A DNA stretch of 50,503 bases, filler included, from Jimgerdemannia flammicorona (taxonomy: Eukaryota): the NCBI GenBank assembly GCA_003990765.1. It is 2 parts of 2 records of this genome, joined end to end, with 100 filler letters (N's around TTAATTAATTAA, not from the genome) between each part and the next. Parts side by side here need not be neighbours in the genome. Positions count along the whole stretch, not along the records: positions 25,306 to 50,503 come from RBNJ01000867.1; 1 more part is not named here. One strand, written 5' to 3'. The translations under genes were made by a program, and so were the position numbers. A model generated the notes under the pieces. That model was given only the letters and a program-made list of their open reading frames with translations. It had not been told where the DNA came from and did not search any database. Shown here in pieces: positions 38,861 to 50,235 of this stretch. Every line of letters begins with the position of its first letter. Positions within the stretch are counted from its first letter, which is position 1.

Positions 38861-40345
38861 TGTAAGAGGGTTGCTTTTTAGGGTAACCGTTACGTAGTTC
38901 TGGAAGGGTTTTCTGGAAGTTCTGGATATTCTGGAAGACCGTTTTCTTATGGTCAAGATCAATTTCGTATGGAGTACGTCCTCTATGCTTATTGATTTCA
39001 AGATCGGGTTGACGTCTCAACCAGAGTCCTTTTTCGGACTAGTTCTAGATGTTCAGGATTTTCCGTATTTCAGGAAGTTCAAGAAACTAAGACCAGCTTA
39101 GTTGAATTGGCATATCGCTGCAGACAATACCCAATTAGGAAATTTCGTGACGGGGTTAGGAGTGGGACCTAACGGGGAGTGGATTTACTTAAGAGTGGTT
39201 TGTGGGTTATGAAATAGGTTTATTCGCTATTCATGATATTGCTATACTAGGAGTAGTTGTATGAAGGGGTATTGTGGGGAAGTACTCAGGAGTTGTGTTC
39301 GGATTGTTCAAGTCTGAGATTCTGAGGTCTGGGGGAGGGGGTATTTATACTAGTGAGGGGCTATCTGGACTATACTAAATATGGATATAGCACTTAGTGC
39401 TTTGCTGAGTCGGAATGCAGTCATGTAGTACAATAGTGATCTGACAGGTCAAGAGATCGTCTGACTGCTGAGTCAGTTCACAGTCACGTCGTATAAGGTT
39501 AATCTATCTATACTATGACTGCTAGACTATTTATAGGTTTAGGCACTATCTGGTTAGTCCTTGATGACATCACTATTGATGACATCATCGCTGGCAAAGT
39601 CTGAGTAGTTTTCTGACTTCTGACATCATCAGTTTCAAGGTGTCGTCACTTCTATCTCTTGTAAGATTAAGGCTGTCCTTAGTGGCGGTGGTTGTACAAG
39701 GATAACAGGTCTTGGTTCTCTTTTTTTTTGGTCTGCTGGCACATTTGCGAGGACTGGCCATTCTCGTCTAGGGCGAGGGCTCCCAATGTCGCAGCTGGGG
39801 GTTCGAACCTCTCGGAAATGATATTTTCTGTAATCCGAGACAATTTCTAGTAGTAATATCTGTCACATGGATGGCTTGAGATTGGTTTCGATGTTGTCGG
39901 CTTTCTTGAGTTCAGATGAAGTGTCCGTCACTCTCCGACGGAGATGACATAGATAGAGCGAACAGAGTTGTTCAAATGCGTTTTGCTTCTGCTAAGTAAT
40001 GAGGTCTTGTATAGTCACAGTGTGTCTTGGTCTTGAGTTGATAAGTGCAGTTCGTGAACCTTTTGGTAGATGAGATAGGGTTCTTCTTGTCTCAATTTGA
40101 GTTTGGTACTTTTCGGTTTCTTTTTGTAATAGTACAGTACACCAAACTAGTTATAGCAGTTCAGAATCAGTCTTATGGTTGTAGTACTTCTTCTAGTATT
40201 CTTGTATCTTGGCGGTGGGTTCTCGTACTTGCTGGCATATTTCGTGTAACCAGATGATCTCTTGTTTTGTGGTCTCGCATGTGGTTTCCAATTTAGTTCT
40301 GAGGATGCCATGCGATTTTGGTGGCTTGGAGGTTGTGTGCTTACA
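38861..40345 (-). mobile_element. Solo LTR of a family-B variant (1485 bp) inserted in reverse orientation 36 bp upstream of the B2 3' LTR
   Basis: TG...CA ends. 38861-39590 is the reverse complement of ~41685-42412, and 40270-40345 matches the LTR start. TSD CTCCG/CTCTG (38856-38860, 40346-40350). Confidence 0.9.
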
Positions 40346-40381
40346 CTCTGAGAGGACATCGAAAGCTAAGAAGGGGAGAGT

Positions 40382-42412
40382 TGTAAGTACACAACCTCCA
40401 AGCCACTGAAATCACATGTGACCTTCAAACAAATCTGAAAATCACCTGCTTGATCATAAAGCTGAGTCAAACTGAAGTCACAGCACACAAAGCTGAGTCA
40501 ATATGAAGTCATGGAACACAAGATTCACACAAATGGAATCTTACCAATCAGGACCAAATGCATATATATTGAGTACCAAGACACGTCAAAATAGAGAACC
40601 AAAACAAACAATAACTATAACTTCCAAACACACAAACATGACCACTGAGATCTACAACTGTATCTGCGCTGACATTTGGAATGCCATTGTCAACCAAGCT
40701 ACACCCCCTCTGCCCTTCATGAATATCTATAGTCTAGCACCCCTCTACTTCATAGAAGCCCAATGGAATGCTCTGAACATGCTTAACGAGACCCACCAGA
40801 TCAGACAAATCTCAAGCTACTACTAGATTGGCTGCCTCCTGGAAGACATGGTCGAACACCACTATAACACAGACATTACCCAGATGTCTCAACACCAGAA
40901 ACTCATCGTCCGCAAATACAGAGAACTCTTCTATGAGTACAGTATCTTTATTTCTTGCCTCTGAGTCACTACCAGCGAAATGGTTGCTACCCTGTCCTAT
41001 GGCCAAATCGACAATATGATATAAGAACTCAACCATAAGTACCTCAAGTATGTTGAAACTATAGACAGAACCTTCCCACACCCCAATGATCATATCCTGC
41101 AAATGCCCCAAGTCAGATATACCATGAAAGATGTCTACGATATAATTCACTTCGATGAAGATGAAGTAGAAGACAATGATCTCTCTGACACTGACATGAC
41201 CTCAAGCCAAGGATCTCTACCAACCCTGATCACTCCACCAACCTTGCTGATGAACTTACAATAGTTCATAACCACCTACAAGACCTATTGGGACAATGAC
41301 CACTGGCATGAATACCAACCTCTATTCACCCCTAATTACTTCAACTACAATGAAGAGACCAGAGAACACAACTTATATCTCCAGACAACCCTCAAGATCG
41401 AACCAACCACTCAACCACCCGAGTATGAGTGACATGAACCACAGCCACCAGCTTACTACAACCCTGCGACCCATAGTACTGTAACTTATAAAAGGTACGC
41501 AGACAGCGAATCCAATGAAAGTGAAGATAATGCACCCCTCCTTCGCCCACCAACACCTTATCCAGTATATGAGACAGATAATGCAATCCTGTGAGATAGT
41601 GATGAAGTTCTGATGTATTATTACCTCAGCAAACAAGGAGAAGTAATCCGCAAACCACTTTTCCTAGATAACTACTTCATCAGAGATGATGTCATCGATG
41701 GTGATGTCATCGAAGACTACCCAGACAGTGCCTAAACCTATAAAAAACTTAGCAGTCAAAGTATAATTAAATTAGTCTTGTATGACATGACTGTGAACTG
41801 ACTCAGCAGTCAAGTGATCTCTTGATATGTTAGATCACACTTGTACTACGTGACTGCATTCCGACTCAGCAAGGCACTTAGTGCTATATCTATATCTAAC
41901 ATAGTCCAGATAGTCCCTCACTAGTATAAATACCCCCTCCCCCAGACCTCAGAATCTCAGACTTGAACAATCCAAACACAACTCCTGAGTACTTCCCCAT
42001 AATATCCCTTCACACAACTACTTCTAGTATAGCAATATCATGAATAGCGAATAAACTTATTTAATAATCCACAAACTACTCTTAAGTAAATCTGCTCCCT
42101 GTTAGGTCCCACTCCTAACCCTATCACGAAATTTCCTAATTGGGTATTGTCTGCAGCAATACATCCAATTCAACTAAGCTGGTCTTAGTTTTTTGAACTT
42201 CCTGAAATATGGAAAATTCTGAACATCCAGAACTAGTCCGAAAAAGGACTTTGGTTGAGACGTCAACCCAATCTTGAAATCAATAAGCATAGAGGATGTA
42301 CTCTATACGAAATTGATCTTGACCTTAAGAAAACAGTCTTTCAGAATCCAGAACTTCCAGAAACCTCTTCCAGAACTATGTAATAGTTACCCAAAAAAGC
42401 AACCCTCTTATA
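40382..42412 (+). repeat. 3' LTR of B2 (2031 bp); TATA-like TATAAATA at 41925, AATAAA at 42050
   Basis: Follows the PPT and is collinear with 7064-9104. Its 3' part matches 31837-32371. It ends TA (CA in other copies). Confidence 0.92.
40638..41735 (+). pseudogene. ~365-codon ORF of unknown function inside U3 of the family-B LTR
   Basis: ATG 40638 to TAA 41735 in one frame (MTTEIYNCICADIWNAIV...DDVIDGDVIEDYPDSA) with six internal stops and no frameshift. Confidence 0.75.
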
Positions 42413-42610
42413 GAGTGCTTAGTATATATATATTCAGTTCTGATTGGTAAGATTCTATTTATATAAATCTTATATTTTATAACTTTGAGTTGACTCAGCT
42501 TTATACTCTATAACTTCAGTTTGACTCAGTTTTGTAATCTTATATGTGATTTCCAGATTTGTTCTGAGGATGATGTGTGATTTCAGTGGCTTGAAGGTTG
42601 TGTACTTATA
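42413..42610 (-). mobile_element. First ~200 bp of an older family-B LTR, opposite orientation, into which B2 appears to have inserted
   Basis: The reverse complement starts TATAAGTACACAACCTTCAAGCCACTGAAATCAC and is collinear with 40382-40580; it is cut exactly at the B2 end. Confidence 0.85.
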
Positions 42611-43679
42611 AATTCTGAATAAAACTCCAAACCTTTCTCTGAGGTATATTGGAATAAGTAGCAAGGTGAGGTACATTAGGATGAGCAGTAAGACAAGATG
42701 TTAGAATATAAGACAGAGCATTGAGATGAGAGGCAAGGTGTTGAAATAAGTAGTGAAAAAAGGCATAATAAGGTAAGGTACAGGAAAAGAGCAATGATGC
42801 AAGGCTCTCTTCTCCAGGAAATATATTGAGCTAGTGTGGAGAGCCAGTATAATAAGAATCCTAAATAAAACTCCAAATCTTTCTCCAAGGCCATGAAGGC
42901 CATTGCTATTGAGGTGCATAGCATATCAGTGATGGTGCTGAGAATATGAAGCACCACATATCACATTTCCAGACATGTGACTTAAAAATCTTTCAGCCAT
43001 GTCACCCAAAAAAACACAATCTAAAAAAATACCATAATGCTATAGACCACCCCCTGTTATAGATAATATTCATTAAAAAATAAGAAAGTTAATATAATTA
43101 TATATTAATAAATATTGGTGCAGCTCTCACAAGTATACTTGTAACTTGCATCATATAATGCTAAGGAACGATGAATCATGAAATCACCACATCCTGATAG
43201 AAGTGTTGTGAAATTACCACCCCTGATATAGAAAAAGTGTTGCGAAATTATCACATCCTGATATAAAAGAAATTGCTATGTGAGTTGCAAATCTACAGAG
43301 TAATAATTATTATCTTTTCGTATTTTACACATTGATGTATTCTTTATTTTTATTATCATTATATAATTATCCATAAGCTTTAGTCACTGTGAATATTTGG
43401 TTGAATAAAAATGGTTTTGTACTCCATAACATGGCCCGAATTTGACCCGCTCGAACAGGCAGTTAAACTGAGTTTTGACGACTCATAGTACATGAAGGAG
43501 CAGACCAACTATGTTTTTCAATTTTTAAATCAAGTGCATATTTTATTGATCACCACCCCTCAGAATACAAGACATCAGGAGTTATTATCTATAGGAAATA
43601 TCTGTCTAGCATATTTCTCCTTTGGTTTTGTTGGTGTCAAAATCACTAAACTAGTAAACACTTTAAGTGTTGGTAAATT

Positions 43680-45344
43680 TTACAATGAGTTTAGTCGATT
43701 TGACTTGCATAGATTTTCTAATGTTGCGATGCTTGATTCTATTCCTCTCTGTAAATATAATATAAATAATATATAAGATAATGATTTAAAAATAATACTA
43801 TATATATATATATATTATTATTAAAATAATACTATACCCCAAAGTTCCATAATATAGGAAGTCCATGAAGAAGTTGATGGTGATTATCCCAGTTAATAGG
43901 TAAGGAGATCTTACCAATGCAAGTCATACGATAGATTCTACTTGCTGGAAGATCCATTGACCAGACTTGTATCTCATGTCCTAATATTAAATTTAAAATC
44001 AATTAATTATATAATTTAAATTAAATAATTTGAAAATTCTTTACTTACCGTAAACATGGATGAACCAAACATGCAATTTTCGTATGATTGATATATCTCC
44101 CTTTGAAAGCTTTCCAGTAATATAATCTAACAAGTCTCGCATTCCCCAAAAGCCACGCACACGGTCTTTAAGATATCTTGGTAGATCATTTGTTAGATGA
44201 CCTACAGATATCTCAAGCATACCAATCTCATAATCCGAGGTTCCTGGTGACTGCCAAAACCCATCAACTTTTAAACCTAATGGTTTTTCGTCCTCAGGTC
44301 CCAAGTTACGACGAACTGCTCGTCTTGCTGAACTTGCTGATAAGAGAATCTCTCCTCTACATTTAATAAAGAGATGATGATTTTGTTAATAAATAATAAC
44401 ATAATATAGTTCAAAATGATCACTATTTGTGTAAAAGCCGCGAAAGCCGCAAGCCCGACCCGCGAAAGCCGCGAGCCGCGAAAACCGCAGAAGCCGCGAA
44501 AACCGCGAAAGCCGCGAAAACCGCGGAAGCCACGAAAACCGCGGAAGCCGCAAAACCCACGGAAGCCGCGAAAACCGCGAGCCGTAAAATCCGCAATCCG
44601 CCGCAGCCGCAAAGCCACAAGCAAGCCACAAGCCACAAAAGCCGATAGCCATGAAACCCCACCAAAGCCGCAATTCCGAAAGGCATTTATTTCTGAAGCA
44701 AACAACCAGTGATCAATGAATGTAATACATACGGAAGGTAGATTACTCCGCGATCACTTTTGTTAGCCAATAATCGAAACACAGTATGAATGAGAAGAGA
44801 GCCGAGAACTGACTCTTGAGCACGCGGAGTGTGAAAGGCACTTGATGGACGGAATACAGATTCTCCACTTTAGGGTGATATAGAAAATAAAAACACATAT
44901 TAATAAATCAATGTAGACACAGCATTTTCTTTACAGTTTACTATAGAATACTTACAACCACCATGTAATGTCTGTAAAAAATGACATCTGTGGATCGAGA
45001 GGGCCCTGTGATCTTACTCGATTGACACATGCGACATATTCGACCAATGAATCCTATAACCGGTGAACAAGAGAAATTTAGGTATATGTAGAGAAAGCAC
45101 ACAATCAAGAACAAATATAAAATCATATGAATACCGTTTGAAGCAGGTCATTAAAAAATTGTTGCGCCGACAAGGAAATTGGATGCTTGTGGTAATTTGT
45201 TGATGCCTGTAAATATTCCCAATCAGCCTTCTTGATCCACGGTAGACGTCGAACACCATCACCAACTCGAATTATCCCAAAACGAGAAGGGCTGGATAGA
45301 TGAGAGGAGAATGACACTTAGAATACACTGTGTTGGTGGTGAGA

Positions 45345-45381
<37 letters not shown>

Positions 45382-46334
45382 CGGACGCGCAACATACTGG
45401 GCACTTGGGATCGATTTCGGCCCACGGATCATCTCAGTGGCAGACAGTCCAGAAGGTACCATCCAGGCATGCGGCGAGCTTCCATCTTCTGGAAATTGTA
45501 GAATGGGTGGGGGGGTGTCGCTTGACCGGGTTTCTGAAGTAATCGGATTAATATCTGCGTCGACCTCGAATTCATCATCATCCAGGCCATGCAACAGGGG
45601 AGAAGCACCTAACAGCGAGACGGCACCCAAAGGAGTGGACGAAGCATCCACGGATGATTCGAAATATAGCGGGTTCGAGGATGACGACGACGACTCCAGC
45701 AATGCTGCTGACGAAGATCCAGTTGTTAACGATGCGGCATCTGATGATGAAGGCCAGGTTTTCGATCTAATAACCAATGCCGACGAGGACAACGCTACAT
45801 TCAACCTAGACATAGCCACCGATGAAGATGAAGCAGACAGCATTTAGTGCGCTGACGATACGAATAATAATAATATAACATTGACAATGTCATCTTCATC
45901 GCATAAATGAATGAGTATTATTAACATACGTTTTCTTCGACTTGTTGTAGGTTCTCCAAATTCTCGTAAGCTTGTCGCATTGGGGCTAAGCAGGTAGAAA
46001 ACCAAAATGATGCATAAACAAGTTTGTTGGGTCTGAAACCTGGCAATTTGGTACTCACGTCGTAAATTTTCTGGAACCTTTGCGCCAGGTTTTGAACCTT
46101 GGCAGGGAGCGTTGTAAGATTCTTGATTCTGCTTAGTGAACGAGAGTACGCGTCCATCGTTTTGCACTTGTCGATCGGTGTGTCGCACTTTTCCTGGCAG
46201 AACAAGGCGAAGTTGCCGGGAAGCCAGTTCTTTGCCTGGACCAAAATGAAGAACTGATGGACACCCATTATATTCGGCGGACAGACGTAATCTCCGGGCA
46301 CTTGTCCGAGGAACCGTTCGCGTACACTTTCCAT
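43680..46334 (-). CDS. Multi-exon host gene (possibly disrupted in its 5' half) with a C-terminal PD-(D/E)xK/restriction-endonuclease-like domain of the kind expanded in early-diverging fungi
   Basis: GT-AG introns join exons DSLVEY..TWWF / GESVF..IYLP / GEILLSASSARR..GLKVDGFW..EIGMLEIS..FIHVY / GHEIQVWSMDL..LWNFG / RGIESS.. in frame. CpGs are retained. The 5' exons (46334-45260) could not be phased cleanly. Confidence 0.7.
44421..44711. mobile_element. CACTA/CMC-like MITE (291 bp) filled with 9-bp AARCCGCGA repeats, inside an intron
   Basis: Termini CACTATTTGT ... ACAACCAGTG form an imperfect TIR with a 2-bp AT duplication on both sides. The interior is a CpG-rich tandem array. Confidence 0.65.
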
Positions 46335-47450
46335 GATAGTCGGATTCCTGGGTGAGGATATTTTGGTCACGTCCAAAGGCGATCTCCAGGCACTTGTCCA
46401 AGGAACCGTTTTCCATGATATTTTGGTCACGTCCAAATTTTGAAGTCACGTCGACACGTCGACCAAATTGTGTCTGCTTCTTTGCTGACTGCCTACCCCT
46501 ATATTTAGAGGCAAGATTTTGAAAGTTTATAACTTTTAAAATCATAATAGCTTTTAAAAAAAAATTTACCAATAATTTTTTATATAATAATTTTATCTTA
46601 GGTAAAAATTTTATAAATAAAAAAATTTTTTTTTTTTTTAAACAAATTGAGATATATTTTTAACAGAAAAACAAGTTTCAAAAAATCATTTTTTTCAAAC
46701 CTTAATTTGTCTGCTAAATGATTTTAAAAGATGATCTTATTTACAGTCAAAGAGATAGGTGTGCCTAGCTGAACAGGAGTTCAGGCAAAGTAACTATTAT
46801 ATATTGTATAACTACTAATTCTCTCTAATCTATATTTCTATTAAGTTTAAATTTTATAACTCATGGATATTTTGTCAATTTTCTATATAAATATTAATCT
46901 AAATTCAATGAAAATTATATTTTCAGAAAGTATTTAATCAGGCAAATCCAAGAAAAATAGTTTTATTAAATTTGGATATATATTTATAGAGATATAAAAA
47001 TTTTTATTAGAGATTTATAATATATTTAAAATATAATAATAATTTGAATTTAATTGGATTTATTTTTTAATAATATTATTAATATATCTCAGACAATTTT
47101 ATTTATTCAATCTATTTATTATATAAAATATTTACAAATAATCAAATTTATAAACTAATTCACTAGTAATATCTTTACTAATAATTAAGTCATCAAAAGT
47201 TAAATCATCTAATTCACTAATATTACTATCAAAATAATCTTCTGATTCTGAATCTAAATTAATAATTAAAGAATTGGCTTTAACTTCTTTTTTAGTAAGA
47301 ATATTATGTTTTATAACTAAATCTTTTTTATTTTATAAATTCTTTTAATAAGATTATTTCAAACTTCTAAAGTAACTTTTATAAAGTCTTCTTTAATATA
47401 GTTTTAACCTTTTGAAAGTCCTTTTCATTATTAATATCTGCAACATATTC

Positions 47451-48629
47451 TTTTTTTTTTTTTTTTTGTTTTTTGTCTTTTTTTTCCCCTAGTTTTTTTT
47501 GTTTTATAGACTCTATGTCCCACAGATTTTTATTGGAAGGGAACCTAGACTATATAGACCAAAACCCTCCCCCACCACCCATCAAGTACTGCCAGGTGTA
47601 GCAGGGCAAAGTACCCTGCATCTCATTCTGCACACCATACTCTCCCTACCACCAGGGGAAATCCAGCCATATGTCAATGACCAAAAGCATATATCTGAGA
47701 ACCTAATATATATACAAGGCCATGCTCGAGCCAAATAGAATAGCCCCTGCCACCCCAAAGAGAATGACAGGCAAAGAAAAAACCCTCATCAAAGTATAAT
47801 ATAGTGGGTAGGACCTGGTTCTCCCAGTCAAGGTGAGTAGAGGACTTACATGTGAGGTAGGAGAAGACCCCCAATACTCCACTACTCAAGCCTGTAGGCC
47901 TTGATCACATTGCCATGTCAGCTCCTGGTTCCAGTTGAGTACAGCCAAGACACCTGAAATGGGTAGCCTCAGGCCCCCCGACCCCCCCTGACGACCGGGG
48001 CCCAACCTCATGAATTGCCAAAAGAAGCCAAGAGTGACATCTATCACCTAACCACACCGCACCAATCAAAAGGCCCCACCGAAGCAGCACCTGCTTCAGC
48101 TCCGATGACCACCCCCTGTATAGCACCCTATTGGTTCACTGTAATCACCCTTCCTCCTATCTGTGATGGCTATCTCCCCTCCCATCCCAACATCACCTGA
48201 AAAACAGTCACCTATACCAGAACTGCACTTGCTGGGAAGCTCGCCAAAGCCAGAGGGCCCCACCACAGGCACTAAGGACCTGCAGGTAACCTACACTGAG
48301 CACTTGATGTCCAAGGTCAGCCGACTCCCTATATAGCCCGAGACACACCGAGACAGCTCCTTGTTAGCAATGGCAAAAGGAAGAAGGCACCACACCAAAA
48401 CAAGTATACTCCAGATGCAGCTGAAGGCACCAGAATCTGCAAAAAAGTAGAGGAAGCACCGATCCAACACTGAGAAAGGGGCAACTCATCACCATTGCCC
48501 TCCTCCCACTATGCCCCTATAGGCACAGCAAATCAACCTGAGGTAGAGGGGGTAAAAATAGGGGAAAGGAGACTTGGAAGGTTGTCTACCAAACCCTGTA
48601 ATCAGTAAGGTAGCAGAGAAAAGAGCCTG
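47451..48629 (-). mobile_element. Complete non-autonomous retroelement: LINE 5' UTR + unrelated ~430-bp 3' part + poly(A)
   Basis: 47934-48626 is collinear with 31144-31836. Poly(T)-rich tail at 47451-47505. TSD TCTGCAAYATATTC at 47437-47450 and 48630-48643. Confidence 0.92.
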
Positions 48630-49314
48630 TCTGCAATATATTCTTTAGTAATTCTCTATACTTCTTTAATTAGATTAAATATTGAATGATATAATAGAAT
48701 TTAATAAACTTCAAATTTATAAGTTTTTAAAATTTCTTCTATTGCTAAAACATCTTTAAATTTCTAAGATTCTAATTAACAAATAGAATAAATATCTTGT
48801 TTTGTATTTCCATTAAAGGTATTTTCATCTATTAGCTCAGATTTATATTTTTTCATCTAGTTAATTAGCTCTTACTTTTTTAACTTTGAAATTCCACCTT
48901 AAAGTCCTTCAACTCACTATGATAAGCTATATTATCTATATAAATAAATATATCTTTTTTCACTCTTTCTTATGAGTACTTGAGTAGAATTTGATTGTAT
49001 AATATTTTAAAATATTTTTCAAATATTTTAGTATTTATATTATCATGATAATTACCAGTACTTAAATTTGCTTCAAAATTAAAAAATCTCCAATCTATCT
49101 ATCTGCTCTACTACAATATATAATCACTTAGTAGCATTCTTGTATTTCTCTTCATATAAAATCTTCCAAGTGAAATCATGATTGTCTACTAATATAAAAT
49201 TGATTTATCTAATCATATTTTAATTTCACTAGACTCTTTAGTCTTTTCATAATGTTAAAGATATTTTTTATACTATTGTTTGATTGTGAAAATTAATAGT
49301 CTTTAATACCTTTT

Positions 49315-50235
49315 TGTAATAAAACTATATACTGATAAAATTACTATATTATAGATAATTAAGATAATTATTAACCTTAAGTTTGGGATTCTTAAGGAAG
49401 TAATGGGTTCTGAATTACCTATTACAGTAAGGTCTAAGTATCACTTTCAGGTTCTTGTCTAGGTATAAGAGATCATACTTATATCTCAAGTTGATCAGAC
49501 TTGAAATTATTAATAAGTCAGATCTGAGGTTTCTATAGTAAGAATACTACTTTATTTTTATATTTAGAAAAAGTAGAGCTAAGGTTGTAATTTACTTAGT
49601 ATAGAGGGTATTTATACATATTCAAAGCTATAACTAAATATAATATGCTGGATATGTCTATATATGATTATACTACTTTAAGTAACTATAACTACTAGTC
49701 AGAAATTCTAGAGGCTTATAACAATTTATTACATCCTTCTCTTCTTTACTTAAGTCTACTCATTAGACTTAGCACTAACTCTAAGAGATCATCAAACTGA
49801 AGAGCAGTGTACTGGACTGTTTGAAAGATAATTTCACTCTATTATTCATTACTTAAGCTGGTAATATTCTCAGAAGATACTCTATGGAGATAGTTAAGGA
49901 CTTGAAGTCAGATATATAGAGTCTCTTAGCAATTATATAAGTATGGTAATTAATGAAAAGATGGGCTTATTGCTTGATAGTACTGAGGGTAGCTTATTGA
50001 TAGAAAAGGCATTCTATCTCATAGTACTCCTTGAGTTCTTATTAATATCAGAAGGCCTGGAAATATTATATTCTTCTAAGATATTATTAGGCTTCATTTG
50101 ACTCTGGGTCTCTAGAGATATTTATATTAATAGATAGTGGTTCAGTAGAGTTTTATTGGTATTTAATTGCTCTAAGGACTGTGGTGGAAATTCTTAACTT
50201 ATTCTCAATATTACTACTGGATACTTATAGTGACA
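49315..50235 (-). mobile_element. Possible old solo LTR, loosely similar to the family-D LTR
   Basis: Minus-strand TATAAATACCC in a context resembling 24055-24140 and candidate TG...CA ends; no TSD found. Confidence 0.3.

Larger units (their letters stand above)
31837..42412 (+). mobile_element. Ty3/gypsy chromovirus family B, copy B2: partial 5' LTR (31837-32371), PBS, single long gag-dUTPase-pol frame, PPT, 2.03-kb 3' LTR (40382-42412)
   Basis: PBS TGGTAGCAGCAG at 32375-32386; PPT AAGAAGGGGAGAG at 40368-40380. Motifs MIDSGT, YIDD, TDAS, integrase core, FIGPF and chromodomain EEYKVEQIL...YFVKWKGYPIHDATWKP. Confidence 0.95.

Noticed and set aside
38861..42412. DIRS-like inverted or split terminal repeats
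   Set aside because: The inverted copy has its own TG...CA ends and 5-bp TSD, and the host element has a DDE integrase, PBS and PPT rather than a tyrosine recombinase.
43040..43056. GACCACCCCCTG as a DNA-transposon TIR end
   Set aside because: No partner TIR or TSD was found in the window.
44277..44712. KPRKPR/GFRGFR/AAKTAE ORFs (histone H1-like)
   Set aside because: These are translations of a 9-bp tandem repeat inside an intron, open in nearly all frames.
45437..45847. Acidic 136-aa plus-strand ORF
   Set aside because: Antisense to the Ser-rich exon of the minus-strand spliced gene; splice signals support the minus strand.
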